DNA of 64,000 nt from Clostridia bacterium (GCA_017504995.1 JAFVQC010000028.1:707-64706); one strand, 5' to 3'; shown: positions 18,441-29,555, counted from the first letter of the stretch. Notes: generated by a model not told the origin, from the letters alone. Translations and numbers: made by a program.

Positions 18441-19049
18441 CTACGCGGAAAACGCCGCCATAAAAAAGTCCTTTACTCTTGCTACGATCTCCCGCGCATC
18501 CCGCGCCCATTGACCGCGATAAGTGTGATAATCCGCGGCAAAGCCGTCGGCTTCCATTCCCATGTGATCTGCCAGATACAGCGCCCGATACAGATGATAT
18601 TCCTGCGTCACGATAACGATCCGCCCATAGCATCCTTCCTCTTTTGCGTTTTTTACGCTCTCATAGGTAGAATAGCCTCGGTCGTCCCGAATCAAGGCGT
18701 CTTGCGGAATCCCCTGTGACAGACAGTAGGCTTCCATTGCCCCCACCTCGTCGTAGGACTCCCCCGAACGGTCTCCACTCAATAAAATACGCTCCGAGAC
18801 ACCTTGCCGATACAGCTCAACCGCGCCGCGCAGACGATCCCGAAGCATATCCGAGGGAGATCCGTCGGCGCGAAGCCCCGCGCCAAGCACTAAAATGCAA
18901 TCGTACTTCCCTTTTTCGCTAAAATCCGTCTCAATGGAATCGCCCCGACGAAGGACGATCCCATTGAGAACGAAGATCACGCCAAGCACGCCTGCAAGCA
19001 CGCAGATGGCGATGATCAAAAGCAATTTTCTGCTTTTACTTTGCCGCAT
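18441..19049 (-). CDS. SanA/YdcF (DUF218) family protein
   Basis: N-terminal TM, VLGAG, LLSGD, GYSTYES, VTQEYHLYRA. Confidence 0.87.
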   Translation of the reverse strand: MRQSKSRKLLLIIAICVLAGVLGVIFVLNGIVLRRGDSIETDFSEKGKYDCILVLGAGLRADGSPSDMLRDRLRGAVELYRQGVSERILLSGDRSGESYDEVGAMEAYCLSQGIPQDALIRDDRGYSTYESVKNAKEEGCYGRIVIVTQEYHLYRALYLADHMGMEADGFAADYHTYRGQWARDAREIVARVKDFFMAAFSA

Positions 19050-19884
19050 CTTGACCCTTGGTTCTTCTGACCAAAACCTCAGCCGCGGACTCCAGATAGT
19101 TGTTGTCCATCATTTCGATCCAGCCCTTGTCCACCAAAGCCGTCAGCTTGGGATCCATGGGGATCTGCGCCAGCAAATCGTAACCGAACTTCTCTGCGAT
19201 CTCGTCGATATGGCTCTCACCGAACACCTTGATCTCCTTGCCGCAATCGGGACACTTCACGTAGCTCATGTTTTCTACGAGTCCGTAAACGGGAATGTTC
19301 ATCATCTGCGCCATATTTGCCGCCTTGGAAACGATCATGGAAACCAACTCCTGAGGACTGCTGACGATCACCACGCCATCGATCGGAATGGATTGGAAGA
19401 TCGTCAGAGGCACGTCACCCGTTCCGGGAGGGCAGTCGATAAACATATAGTCAATATCGTGCCAGATGGTATCGGTCCAGAACTGCTTCACTGCCCCCGC
19501 GATAACGGGTCCTCTCCAGATCACGGGACGGGATTCGTCCTCCAGCATCAGATTCACCGACATAATATCGATGCCCGAGGTGGTAGAGGGGGGGATCATA
19601 CCCTTGTCGTCTCCTTCAATCGGCTTCTTCAAGCCAAACGCCTTGGGAATAGACGGTCCCGTAATATCCGCGTCCAGAATCGCGGTCTTATAACCAAGTC
19701 TCTGCATATTCACCGCCAGCATCGAGGTCACGAGAGATTTGCCCACGCCGCCCTTTCCGCTGACCACGGCGATAATATGCTTCACGCTGCTAAGCTCATG
19801 AGGCTGTTCCATCAAGCTGTTTTTTTCCTTTGACGAGCAATTGCTGCTGCACGTAGAACAATTGTGAGTACATTCTTCTGCCAT
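19036..19884 (-). CDS. Mrp/NBP35 (ApbC) Fe-S carrier ATPase
   Basis: N-terminal Cys cluster, SGKGGVGKS, DADITGPS, WRGP, DCPPGTGD, CPDC. Confidence 0.93.
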   Translation of the reverse strand: MAEECTHNCSTCSSNCSSKEKNSLMEQPHELSSVKHIIAVVSGKGGVGKSLVTSMLAVNMQRLGYKTAILDADITGPSIPKAFGLKKPIEGDDKGMIPPSTTSGIDIMSVNLMLEDESRPVIWRGPVIAGAVKQFWTDTIWHDIDYMFIDCPPGTGDVPLTIFQSIPIDGVVIVSSPQELVSMIVSKAANMAQMMNIPVYGLVENMSYVKCPDCGKEIKVFGESHIDEIAEKFGYDLLAQIPMDPKLTALVDKGWIEMMDNNYLESAAEVLVRRTKGQDAAK

Positions 19885-20005
19885 TTTATTTTTCCTTTCT
19901 TCAAGCGGGATCTCTCCCGATATTCACACGATTATATTATACACCTTTTCTTGACCGATTGCAAGTCTTTTGCCGATTTTCCGCGAAACTCTTGTAAAAT
20001 TTTCA

Positions 20006-20039
20006 AAACGCTTATGACCGATTCCGATCATAAGCGTTT
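20006..20039 (-). terminator. Terminator after trpB
   Basis: aaacgcttatga...tcataagcgttt. Confidence 0.7.
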
Positions 20040-20053
20040 CGTTTCGTTTCGTT

Positions 20054-21274
20054 TTACCGAATTCCGTATTTTTCGATGACGTAGTCCATGTCCTTATCGC
20101 CTCTGCCCGACAGATTGATCAGAACCGAGCCGTGATCCATGGTCTTGGCAAGCTTCATGCCGAACGCCACCGCGTGAGAGCTTTCGATGGCGGGAATGAT
20201 TCCCTCCAAACGGGAAAGCTTGTAGAAGGCATCAATGGTCTCCTCGTCATCGATCACGTCGTACTTCACTCTGCCGATCTCCTGCAGGAAGGCGTGCTCG
20301 GGTCCCGAGGAAGGATAGTCCAAACCGCTGGCAACCGAATACACGGGAGCAGGCTCGCCGTTCTCGTCCTTCAGCATAATGCTGTTGAAGCCGTGCATGA
20401 TGCCCTCCGTACCGTATTTTAAGCTGGCAGCGTGATCGCCCAGCTTCGGTCCTCTTCCCAAAGGCTCGATTCCGTAAATATCCACGGGATCGTTCAAAAA
20501 GCCCGCAAACAGTCCTGCCGCGTTGGAGCCGCCGCCCACGCACGCCACGATAGCGCTGGGCAGATGTCCCGTCATATCGATAAACTGCTCTCTCGCCTCA
20601 ATACCGACTACACTCTGGAAGTCGCGAACCATCATGGGGAACGGATGGGGCCCCAGTACCGATCCGATGCAGTAGATCGAATCCTTGTATTCCTTACTAT
20701 ACGCCTCAAACGCCGCGTCAACCGCTTCCTTCAAGGTCTGCAAACCGTGAGTAACCTCCACCACGTTCGCGCCGAGGATCTTCATTCTCGCCACGTTGGG
20801 CGCTTGCTTTTTGATATCCACCGTACCCATGTAGATATCACATTCCAGACCAAAATACGCCGCCGCCGTGGCAAGAGCAACACCGTGCTGTCCCGCGCCC
20901 GTCTCGGCAATTACCTTTTTCTTGCCCATGTACTTGGCAAGAAGCGCCTCACCCATGCAATGGTTCAGCTTGTGCGCGCCCGAATGGTTCAGATCCTCTC
21001 GCTTGGCGTAGAGCTGTACCTTTCCGCCAAGAGAGTCGGACAAGCGCTCCAGATGAGTCACGGGCGTGGGTCTGCCCTGAAATTCCTTGCGGATTCTGCG
21101 AAGCTCCGCAATGAATTTTCTGGACTGGCAAATGGAGTAATACGCCTCGGTAATTTCCGCCATTGCCGCCTTCAGCTTGTCGTCAATATACACGCCGCCG
21201 TATTTCCCGAAGTATCCGTTCTTATCGGGGTAATTGTTAAAATACGTATCAAAATCAACACCGTTCAGTTTCAT
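20054..21274 (-). CDS. trpB: Tryptophan synthase beta chain (stand-alone)
   Basis: [51 protein letters not shown]. Confidence 0.95.
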   Translation of the reverse strand: MKLNGVDFDTYFNNYPDKNGYFGKYGGVYIDDKLKAAMAEITEAYYSICQSRKFIAELRRIRKEFQGRPTPVTHLERLSDSLGGKVQLYAKREDLNHSGAHKLNHCMGEALLAKYMGKKKVIAETGAGQHGVALATAAAYFGLECDIYMGTVDIKKQAPNVARMKILGANVVEVTHGLQTLKEAVDAAFEAYSKEYKDSIYCIGSVLGPHPFPMMVRDFQSVVGIEAREQFIDMTGHLPSAIVACVGGGSNAAGLFAGFLNDPVDIYGIEPLGRGPKLGDHAASLKYGTEGIMHGFNSIMLKDENGEPAPVYSVASGLDYPSSGPEHAFLQEIGRVKYDVIDDEETIDAFYKLSRLEGIIPAIESSHAVAFGMKLAKTMDHGSVLINLSGRGDKDMDYVIEKYGIR

Positions 21275-21331
21275 TGTTATCCTCCAAAAATCTTTGTTTC
21301 TTTTATTTTTTCATTGGTTTTATTCCGACAG

Positions 21332-21370
21332 TCAAGAACAGCCTCGCCATCGCTTCTTCAAGATCAACAT
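21332..21370 (-). CDS. Putative 12-aa uORF MLILKKRWRGCS
   Basis: GGGGAG RBS 8 nt upstream; one Trp codon; lies between the T-box terminator and trpB. Confidence 0.4.
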   Translation of the reverse strand: MLILKKRWRGCS

Positions 21371-21384
21371 TTTATTTTCTCCCC

Positions 21385-21646
21385 AAAAACAAAAAACTGC
21401 CCCCAAGCTCAGGGACAGGAAATCCTGCGGTACCACCCGTGATTGATGCGCTCGCATCCTCTTTGCGTCGCCCAAAAGAGCAACTCCGAAGGGTAACGGC
21501 TTCGGCTTCCGTCGGGTACTACTAAAGCAAAAACGCTCGTTCGACCGCCCTCATAAGTCCATTCACTGAAGTTACGATGCCGCATTTCCACCCTCGGCGG
21601 CTCTCTGTGATCGATCCGATCAGCTACTCCTCTTAATCATAGGTTT
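21385..21646 (-). promoter_or_regulatory. T-box riboswitch (Trp, UGG specifier)
   Basis: Minus strand: AGTAG..CAGAGAGCC stem I, gaaUGGac specifier, CCGTTA, GGGTGGTACCGC T-box, terminator + U run. Confidence 0.9.
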
Positions 21647-21687
21647 CTAACGAAAATTATACTCAAAAACGCATTTCTTGTCAAGAC

Positions 21688-21720
21688 AAAATGCCGTATT
21701 TTCAAAAAATACGGCATTTT
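21688..21720 (-). terminator. Terminator after the arg operon
   Basis: aaaatgccgtatttt..aaaatacggcatttt. Confidence 0.65.
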
Positions 21721-21771
21721 AAACAATATTTGTCGTTCTGAAATATTAATTATAGACAAATTGATTGCGGT

Positions 21772-22674
21772 TTACGACAGACACTTGACGAGAACCGCCT
21801 TTTGCGCATGGAGTCTGTTCTCTGCCTCGTCAAAGATCTCGTCGGCGTGGGCTTCAAAGACCTCCGCGGTAATCTCCTCCTCACGGTGCGCGGGCAGACA
21901 ATGCAACACCATGGCATCACTCTTGGCAACCGCCATTACGTCAGCGTTGATCTGATAGCCGCGGAAGATCTGCTTCCGCGCCTCTGCCTCTGCTTCCTGA
22001 CCCATGGATGCCCATACGTCGGTACAAAGCACGTCCGCGTCCTTTGCCGCCTCCAGCACGTCGTCGGTGCAGGTAAAGCGACCCGTTTCCGACGCCCACT
22101 TCATGATCTCGGCATCTGGCTCGTAGCCCTTGGGACAAGCAGCGGATACCGTCATACCCATCTTGATACCGCCGACGATTAAGGAATTGGTCATGTTATT
22201 GCCGTCGCCGATATAGCACAGCTTGTTGCCCTTGATCACACCCTTATGCTCCCGAATGGTCATCAGGTCGGCAAGAACCTGACAGGGGTGACAGTAGTCG
22301 GTCAGTCCGTTGATGATCGGAATCGAGCCGCACTCTGCCAGCTTCTCCACCTCTTCCTGCGCAAAGGTACGGATCATAATGCCGTCCAGATAGCGAGACA
22401 GCACTCTTGCGGTATCCTCCACAGGCTCGCCCCGTCCGATCTGCAGATCGCGGGAGCTGAGAAACAACGCAGAGCCGCCCAGATCGTACATACCGACTTC
22501 AAAGGACACACGGGTTCTGGTGGAGGATTTCTCAAAGATCATACCCAGCGTTTTCCCCTTCAGAATGTGGTGCTTGATTCCGTTTTTCTTTTCATATTTC
22601 AGCTGATCCGCCAGATTCAGCACGTCGGTGATCTCCTTTTCGGACCAGTCCATCAGCTTCAGTAAATGCTTCAT
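21772..22674 (-). CDS. argF: Ornithine carbamoyltransferase
   Basis: FEKSSTRT, HPCQ, DVWASMG, HCLP. Confidence 0.96.
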   Translation of the reverse strand: MKHLLKLMDWSEKEITDVLNLADQLKYEKKNGIKHHILKGKTLGMIFEKSSTRTRVSFEVGMYDLGGSALFLSSRDLQIGRGEPVEDTARVLSRYLDGIMIRTFAQEEVEKLAECGSIPIINGLTDYCHPCQVLADLMTIREHKGVIKGNKLCYIGDGNNMTNSLIVGGIKMGMTVSAACPKGYEPDAEIMKWASETGRFTCTDDVLEAAKDADVLCTDVWASMGQEAEAEARKQIFRGYQINADVMAVAKSDAMVLHCLPAHREEEITAEVFEAHADEIFDEAENRLHAQKAVLVKCLS

Positions 22675-23834
22675 TTCGCGCATACCTCCTTCAAAATCGC
22701 AATCGCTTGCTTCAATTCTTCCATATCAATGTTCAGCGCAGGCAACAGTCTGACCTTGTGCTTTGCCTTGATCACCAGCACGCCTTTCTCACGGCACTCG
22801 TCGATGACCTCGGAAGCGGGTCTTTCACATTCAATGCCGATCATCAGTCCAAGTCCCGTTACACTACGGATTCCCTTGGCATCGGTCAGCTCGTCAAAAA
22901 CATATCGGCTTCTTTCCGTCACACCCGCAAGAAGCGCGTCGTCAATGCGGGACAGAATATTCAACGCCCCCGCCGAGCAGACGGGATTACCGCCAAAGGT
23001 CGAGCCGTGCATACCCGCGCCGAGAATATCGGCAACCTTTTCACCGAGCAGGGTCGCGCCGATGGGCAAGCCTCCTCCAAGCCCCTTTGCGGTGCTGACG
23101 ACGTCGGGAAGAATATCAAAATTCATATAGCCGTACAGCTTACCCGTCCGTCCGTTGCCCGTTTGCACCTCGTCGGCGATGAGCAACAGATCCTTTTCCT
23201 TGGCGATGGCTTCCACATCTTTGAGGAACTCTTTCGTCAAAGGACGAACGCCGCCCTCTCCCTGCACCACCTCAAACATCACGGCGCAACAAGGATATTT
23301 CTCCGCCAGGCGTCTGACCTCCTGCGCATTGTTTGCCTCGGCGTATACGAAGCCCTCGGTCAAAGGAAGGAAGTCCTTGTGAAACACCTCCTGACCCGTT
23401 GCCGCCAGCGTGGTAATCGTCCTTCCGTGGAAGCTGTCCCGAAGGGTAATGATGGTGGTATACTCCGCCCCCTTCTTAGATTCTCCGTATTTTCTCGCCA
23501 CCTTAATGGCGCATTCATTCGCCTCCGCGCCCGAATTGGAGAAAAACACTCGCTTCATCCCCGTCCGCAGACAAAGCTGCTCGGCAAGACGGGCGCAAGG
23601 CTCGCTGTAATAGAGATTCGAGGTGTGCTGGATCTTGCTCAGCTGCTCGGTCACGGCGGCGATCCATTCCTCATCCGCCACACCGAAGCCGTTGACCGCG
23701 ATTCCCGTTCCCAGATCGATATATTCTTTTCCGTTTTCATCTACGACCTTCGAGCCCTTCCCTGCCACAAGGCAAAGGGGAAAGCGCGCGTAGGTCGGGG
23801 CAACGTACTGCCCGTCAAGCTTTTTTACGTCCAT
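22671..23834 (-). CDS. argD: Acetylornithine aminotransferase
   Basis: NSGAEANE, FHGRT, DEVQTG, AKGLGGG, HGSTFGGNP. Confidence 0.94.
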   Translation of the reverse strand: MDVKKLDGQYVAPTYARFPLCLVAGKGSKVVDENGKEYIDLGTGIAVNGFGVADEEWIAAVTEQLSKIQHTSNLYYSEPCARLAEQLCLRTGMKRVFFSNSGAEANECAIKVARKYGESKKGAEYTTIITLRDSFHGRTITTLAATGQEVFHKDFLPLTEGFVYAEANNAQEVRRLAEKYPCCAVMFEVVQGEGGVRPLTKEFLKDVEAIAKEKDLLLIADEVQTGNGRTGKLYGYMNFDILPDVVSTAKGLGGGLPIGATLLGEKVADILGAGMHGSTFGGNPVCSAGALNILSRIDDALLAGVTERSRYVFDELTDAKGIRSVTGLGLMIGIECERPASEVIDECREKGVLVIKAKHKVRLLPALNIDMEELKQAIAILKEVCAK

Positions 23835-24696
23835 AATGATTCCCCGATACAAACATTGTTCCGATTCCTTCGTCGGTCAGCGTCTCGATCAAGATCGCGT
23901 GAGGAATTCGTCCGTCGATGACGAATACCTTCCGAACACCCTGACGGATCGCCTCGATACAGCAGTTGATCTTGGGGATCATACCGCCGCCGATCACACC
24001 CTCGCGAATGAGCTGAGGCGCGTCGCTGACGTGGATCTTGGAGATCAAGGTAGAGGGATCGTTCTTATCCCGCAAAATACCGTCGATGTCGGTCATGGAG
24101 ATCAGACTTTCGCACTGAAGCGCGCCTGCGATCCGAGCCGCCGCCGTATCCGCGTTGATGTTGTAGGTGTTGCCGTCTTTATCGTATCCCACCGTGGAAA
24201 CCACGGGAATATAGCCCTTTTCCAGCACGTCCAGAATGGGCTGTACGTTGACGTCCGTGATCTCTCCCACGTAGCCCAGACGCTCGTCCATCTGCTCCGC
24301 CTTGATCATATGTCCGTCCACACCGCAAAGACCGATCGCCTTTCCGCCCTTGTTCTGGAGCAGATTCACAAGGTTCTTGTTGATCTTGCCCGCAAGCACC
24401 ATCTGCACGATATCCATGGATTCCTGATCGGTCACGCGCAGACCGTTGACGAATTCGCTCTTTTTGTTGATCTTTCCCAGCATCTCCGTGATCTCGGGAC
24501 CGCCGCCGTGTACCAGAACCACCTTGATTCCGATGAGAGAAAGCAAAACGATATCTCCCATCACGGCTTCCTTCAGATCGTCGTTGATCATGGCGTTTCC
24601 GCCGTACTTCACCACAATGATCTTATCGTAATATTTTTGAATATAGGGTAGCGCCTCAACGAGAATTTGGGCGCGTTGTGCGTTATTGATTTCCAT
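23815..24696 (-). CDS. argB: Acetylglutamate kinase
   Basis: VKYGGNAM, VHGGGP, GLRVTD, NINAD, GMIPK. Confidence 0.96.
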   Translation of the reverse strand: MEINNAQRAQILVEALPYIQKYYDKIIVVKYGGNAMINDDLKEAVMGDIVLLSLIGIKVVLVHGGGPEITEMLGKINKKSEFVNGLRVTDQESMDIVQMVLAGKINKNLVNLLQNKGGKAIGLCGVDGHMIKAEQMDERLGYVGEITDVNVQPILDVLEKGYIPVVSTVGYDKDGNTYNINADTAAARIAGALQCESLISMTDIDGILRDKNDPSTLISKIHVSDAPQLIREGVIGGGMIPKINCCIEAIRQGVRKVFVIDGRIPHAILIETLTDEGIGTMFVSGNHYGRKKA

Positions 24697-24707
24697 AAGC
24701 CCTCCTA

Positions 24708-25919
24708 TCACGTTCTGTAATCGCCGTTGATCTTGACGTAATCATAGGTCAGATCACAACCCCAAGCGGTTGCCGTTCCGTTGCCGCTATTCAGCTCAAT
24801 GAGGATCTGAATTTCACTCTCCAAAAGAATTTCCTTCGCCACCTCCTCGGAGAACGGAACGCCTGCACCATTCTTGCAAACGGCGATCTCGCCCTTGGCG
24901 GAACGGAACGCCACGTCTACCGCGTGGATATCTACGTCCGCGCCGCTGTAACCGATGGCGCAAAGCACCCGTCCCCAGTTGGCATCCGCGCCGAACATTG
25001 CTGCCTTGAACAAAGAGGAGCAAATGACCGACTTTGCAACGATTCTCGCGTTTTGCTCGTCCACGCCGCCCGTCACTACACATTCAAGAAGCTTGGTCGC
25101 GCCCTCACCGTCCCCCGCGATCATACGGCACAAATACGCCGTCACGCCGTGGAGCGCCTCGCAGAAGGCATCAAAGGCCTCTCCCTCGCTCTCGATCACC
25201 GCATTGCCTGCCTTGCCGTTCGCCATGATCGAAACCATGTCATTGGTGGAGGTGTCTCCGTCCACGCTGACCATGTTAAACGAGGTCTTTACGTCCTCCT
25301 TCAGCGCCTTTTCCAGCATCGCAGAGGAAATGGCGCAGTCGGTGGTCACGAATACCAGCATCGTCGCCATGTTGGGATGGATCATACCGCTTCCCTTGGC
25401 AATGCCGCCGATACGACAGGTCACACCGTCGATCTCAAAGGAAAAAGCAATTTCCTTGGGTTTCGTATCGGTGGTCATGATTCCCTCGCAGGCGTAGTCG
25501 CTGTGATCGCCAAGTCCCGCAACCAAGGGCGGAATTCCCTCGGCAATGGGGGTAATATTCAAAGGCTGACCGATCACACCCGTGGACGCGACGATCACGT
25601 CCTTGGGCGAAATCTTCAGCTCCTTCGCCAAAAGCTCGCTCATCTGCTCCGCGATCTCAATGCCGTTGGCATTGCAGGTGTTGGCGTTTCCGCTGTTACA
25701 GATCATCGCCTGCGCGCGACCGTCGGCAAGATGCGCCTTGGTCACCGTCAAGGGCGCGCCCTTAACCAGATTCTGCGTATACACCGCCGTCGCAGAGGCG
25801 GGCACTTCACTATAGATCAGCGCAAGATCGCGCTTGGTTTTGTTCTTGCGAATGCCGCAATGCAGTCCGTTCGCCGAAAATCCCTTTGCGGCGCAAACGC
25901 CGCCCGTGATTTGTTTCAT
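24708..25919 (-). CDS. argJ: Ornithine acetyltransferase
   Basis: NSGNAN, STGVIG, MTTDT, KGSGMIHPNMATML, DGDTSTND, WGCDLT. Confidence 0.96.
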   Translation of the reverse strand: MKQITGGVCAAKGFSANGLHCGIRKNKTKRDLALIYSEVPASATAVYTQNLVKGAPLTVTKAHLADGRAQAMICNSGNANTCNANGIEIAEQMSELLAKELKISPKDVIVASTGVIGQPLNITPIAEGIPPLVAGLGDHSDYACEGIMTTDTKPKEIAFSFEIDGVTCRIGGIAKGSGMIHPNMATMLVFVTTDCAISSAMLEKALKEDVKTSFNMVSVDGDTSTNDMVSIMANGKAGNAVIESEGEAFDAFCEALHGVTAYLCRMIAGDGEGATKLLECVVTGGVDEQNARIVAKSVICSSLFKAAMFGADANWGRVLCAIGYSGADVDIHAVDVAFRSAKGEIAVCKNGAGVPFSEEVAKEILLESEIQILIELNSGNGTATAWGCDLTYDYVKINGDYRT

Positions 25920-25938
25920 TCTTTTTTCCTCTCGTCCT

Positions 25939-26868
25939 TTATAATTCCAGTCCCGTTTCGGGCGATACCCCCAAAACCGTATTCATGCATTCGACAGCCG
26001 CGCCCGACGCGCCCTTGCCAAGATTGTCGTACATGGCAACCAGCAAAATTCTGTCCTCGTTGCCCGCAACGGTGATCTTCATCGAATCCTTCTCTGCCAC
26101 GGCGTGGGCGGAAAGGAAGCCGCCCTCGTCACCGTTCTCTACGTAGGAAACGATCTTGCCCGTATATTTCTTGCGATAGACCTCTCGGATCTCCTCGATG
26201 CCGCCCTTTTGGAGATCGGAGGCAAACAGAGGAACCGTCACCGTCATACCGCTATAGAAATTGGAAACGATGGGGCAGAAGATCGGCTCATGCTCAAGTC
26301 CCGTGATCGCCTTCATTTCCTTCAGATGCTTATGCTGCTGGGTCAAGCCGTACTGTCTGGGAGCTTGCAGCAAAAAGTCCAACTCGTCATCCTCATACTC
26401 GGCAATCATTTTCTTACCGCCGCCGCTATATCCCGTAATGGAATGGCAGGTCAGCTTCGTCTCGGGAGAAAGAATACCCGCCTCGATCAAGGGATACACC
26501 AAGGAGATAAATCCGCTGGCGTGACAGCCGGGAACGGCGATCCGCTTCGCCTTGGGCAAAGCCGCCGCAATCGTATCGGATAATTCGGGGAAGCCGTAGC
26601 ACCAGCCCGCATTGGTTCGATGCGCGGTAGATGCGTCGATCACCGTCACTTCGGGATTTTCGATCATGCTTACCGCCTCCATCGCCGCGGGGTCGGGCAG
26701 ACAAAGAAAGGCGATATCACAGGAATTCAAGGCTTTCCTTCTCGCCTCGGGATTCTTCCTTTCTTCCTCGGGAAGAAGCATCAGCTCCACGTCGGAACGG
26801 TTGGCAAGACGTTCGTAGATCCGCAAGCCCGTCGTTCCCGCGCTGCCGTCAATAAATACCTTTTTCAT
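25939..26868 (-). CDS. argC: N-acetyl-gamma-glutamyl-phosphate reductase (short type)
   Basis: IDGSAGTTGL, YGFPEL, PGCHA, GYSGGGK, DNLGKGASG. Confidence 0.94.
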   Translation of the reverse strand: MKKVFIDGSAGTTGLRIYERLANRSDVELMLLPEEERKNPEARRKALNSCDIAFLCLPDPAAMEAVSMIENPEVTVIDASTAHRTNAGWCYGFPELSDTIAAALPKAKRIAVPGCHASGFISLVYPLIEAGILSPETKLTCHSITGYSGGGKKMIAEYEDDELDFLLQAPRQYGLTQQHKHLKEMKAITGLEHEPIFCPIVSNFYSGMTVTVPLFASDLQKGGIEEIREVYRKKYTGKIVSYVENGDEGGFLSAHAVAEKDSMKITVAGNEDRILLVAMYDNLGKGASGAAVECMNTVLGVSPETGLEL

Positions 26869-28241
26869 GCCATCAATTCCTTTCTTACAAAATCGATCTG
26901 CGCTTCTACCGATTCGACGGACGTACCGCCCTCCGAGATCCGCTTGCCCACGCAGGTTTCGAGGGAAATCTCGCCGTACAGATCCCTCTCAAATAGCTCG
27001 GTGTATTTGCGGTATTCCTCGATGGGAAGATCGTCCAATACACAGTTCTTCTCAATACATTCGGCTACGATCTGTCCCGTGATCTTGTACGCGCTTCGGA
27101 AGGGCATTCCCTTTCTCGTCAGGTAATCCGCAAGATCGGTAGCGTTGATAAAGCCCTCCTGCGCCGCGCGATACATATTGTCCGCCTTCACCCGCATGGT
27201 GCGGATCATGGGCGCAAAGATATCCAGACACATCTTCACCGTCTCAATGGCGTCAAAGAGCGCTTCCTTGTCCTCCTGCATATCCTTGTTGTATGCCAGG
27301 GGCAAGCCCTTCATCAGGGTCAGAAGCGTCACGAGATCGCCGTATACTCTGCCCGTTTTACCCCGAACCAGCTCCGCCATATCCGAATTTTTCTTCTGAG
27401 GCATGATCGACGAGCCAGTGGTAAAGGAGTCGTCCAGCTCCACAAAACGAAATTCCCAGCTCGACCACAGAATGATCTCCTCGGACAGACGGGAAAGGTG
27501 CATCATAATCAAGGAAAACGCGCTGAGAAACTCAATGCAGAAATCCCGATCGGACACGCCGTCAATGCTATTTCTCGTAATGCCGTCAAAGCCAAGCCTC
27601 GCTGCCGCAAGCCGACGGTTTGTGGGATAGGTCGTTCCCGCCAAGGCGCAAGAGCCGAGAGGAGAGAAATTCATTCTCGCGGCGGCGTCACGCAACCGTC
27701 CCACGTCCCGCAGAAGCATCATGGCGTACGCCATCAGATGGTGCCCGAAGGTAATGGGCTGCGCCCGTTGCAGATGGGTATACCCCGGGACGATCACCGC
27801 CCGATTTTCCTCTGCCTTGTCCACGATGTCGGCGATCAGCTGCTTCAAAAGCGCCGTGATCTCCTCTGCCTCATCCCGTAGATACATTCTCACGTCCACC
27901 GCAACCTGATCATTGCGGCTTCTCGCCGTGTGCAACCGCTTTCCCGCATCACCGATCCGTCTGGTCAGCTCCGCCTCCACGAACATATGAATGTCCTCAC
28001 AGCTCATGTCAAAGTCGAGCGCGCCCGTCTCCAGATCCTCAAGGATGCCGCAAAGACCGCCTACGATCTGCTCGCAATCCGCCTCATCGAGAATCCCCTG
28101 CGCAGCCAGCATCTCGGCGTGCGCGATCGAACCCTTAATATCCTGTTTATACATCTTGCAGTCAAAGCGAATCGAGGAATTGAAATCGTCCGCCTTGCTG
28201 TCAAGCGCCTTGGCAAACCTGCCTGCCCACATTTTTTCCAT
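26865..28241 (-). CDS. argH: Argininosuccinate lyase
   Basis: WAGRF, HTARSRNDQ, GYTHLQRAQP, GSSIMPQKKN. Confidence 0.96.
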   Translation of the reverse strand: MEKMWAGRFAKALDSKADDFNSSIRFDCKMYKQDIKGSIAHAEMLAAQGILDEADCEQIVGGLCGILEDLETGALDFDMSCEDIHMFVEAELTRRIGDAGKRLHTARSRNDQVAVDVRMYLRDEAEEITALLKQLIADIVDKAEENRAVIVPGYTHLQRAQPITFGHHLMAYAMMLLRDVGRLRDAAARMNFSPLGSCALAGTTYPTNRRLAAARLGFDGITRNSIDGVSDRDFCIEFLSAFSLIMMHLSRLSEEIILWSSWEFRFVELDDSFTTGSSIMPQKKNSDMAELVRGKTGRVYGDLVTLLTLMKGLPLAYNKDMQEDKEALFDAIETVKMCLDIFAPMIRTMRVKADNMYRAAQEGFINATDLADYLTRKGMPFRSAYKITGQIVAECIEKNCVLDDLPIEEYRKYTELFERDLYGEISLETCVGKRISEGGTSVESVEAQIDFVRKELMA

Positions 28242-28325
28242 ACCGTATTTACCCGTTTTCGATCTCTTTTTTATGCAGGTTTTGCCTGTCGTCTTTCGGC
28301 GGCAGGCAAAACCATTTCTATCCAA

Positions 28326-29555
28326 TTAGTTCTTCGCGTTTTTCTCGTTGACCTGCGCCTGCACCTTGATGGGCAATCCGAACAGGTTGATAAAGCCCGT
28401 CGCGTCTGCCTGATTGTAGACGTGATCCTCACCAAAGGTTGCGATCTCCTCGGAGTACAGGGAGTAATCACTCCATGCGCCCGCCTTGATGATGTTACCC
28501 TTATACAGCTTCAGCTTGACCTTCCCCGTTACGTTCTCCTGCGTCTTGTCAACGAAAGCGGAAAGCGCTTCGCGCAAGGGCGTAAACCACTGACCGTTGT
28601 ATACCAGATCCGCAAATGTCACGGCAAGCTCCGCCTTCTTGTGCATCACGTACTTGTCAAGGCAAAGAGTCTCCAGATAGCTGTGCGCCGCGTAGAGGAT
28701 CTCTCCGCCGGGAGTCTCGTAAACACCGCGGCACTTCATGCCGACCAGACGGTTCTCCACGATGTCGAGCAGTCCGATGCCGTTCTCTCCGCCCACCTTG
28801 TTCAGGTTGAGAATGATGTCCTTTGCGCTCATTTTCTCACCGTTGAAGGCAACGGGACGACCCTGCTCAAAGTCCAGCGTAATGTAGGTAGGAGCGTCGG
28901 GAGCGTCGATGGGAGAAACCCCCATCTCCAAGAATCCCTTCTTCTCGTACAAGGGTTCGTTGCCCGCATCCTCCAGATCCAAGCCCTCGTGGCTCAAGTG
29001 CCACAGATTCTTGTCCTTGGAATAGTTGGTCTCGCGGTTGATCTTCAGAGGAACGTTGTGCGCCTCCGCGTACTCGATCTCCTCCTCGCGGGACTTGATG
29101 CTCCACTCACGCCAAGGAGCGATAATGGGCATATCGGGAGCAAACGCCTTGATGGTCAGCTCGAAACGAACCTGATCGTTTCCCTTACCCGTACAGCCGT
29201 GGCAGATCGCGTCCGCGCCCTCCGCCTTGGCGATCTCAACGATACGCTTCGCGATCACGGGACGGGCAAAGGAAGTACCCAGCAGATACTCCTCGTACTT
29301 CGCGCCCGCCATCATGGTGGGAATCACGTAATCGTCTACGAACTCGTCGGTCAGATCCTCAATATAGATCTTGGACGCACCCGTTTTGATGGCTTTTTCC
29401 TCCAAGCCTTCCAGCTCGTCACTCTGTCCTACGTTTCCGCTGACGGCAATGACCTCACAATTGTTATAGTTTTCCTTCAACCACGGAATGATGATAGAGG
29501 TATCCAAACCACCCGAGTATGCCAGTACAACCTTTTTGATATCTTTCTTTTCCAT
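28326..29555 (-). CDS. argG: Argininosuccinate synthase
   Basis: [32 protein letters not shown]. Confidence 0.97.
   Translation of the reverse strand: MEKKDIKKVVLAYSGGLDTSIIIPWLKENYNNCEVIAVSGNVGQSDELEGLEEKAIKTGASKIYIEDLTDEFVDDYVIPTMMAGAKYEEYLLGTSFARPVIAKRIVEIAKAEGADAICHGCTGKGNDQVRFELTIKAFAPDMPIIAPWREWSIKSREEEIEYAEAHNVPLKINRETNYSKDKNLWHLSHEGLDLEDAGNEPLYEKKGFLEMGVSPIDAPDAPTYITLDFEQGRPVAFNGEKMSAKDIILNLNKVGGENGIGLLDIVENRLVGMKCRGVYETPGGEILYAAHSYLETLCLDKYVMHKKAELAVTFADLVYNGQWFTPLREALSAFVDKTQENVTGKVKLKLYKGNIIKAGAWSDYSLYSEEIATFGEDHVYNQADATGFINLFGLPIKVQAQVNEKNAKN

Noticed and set aside
28278-28313. Hairpin between argG and argH as a REP or terminator
   Set aside because: Single copy, no GTAG foot and no U tract on the coding strand; probably an mRNA-stabilising stem.
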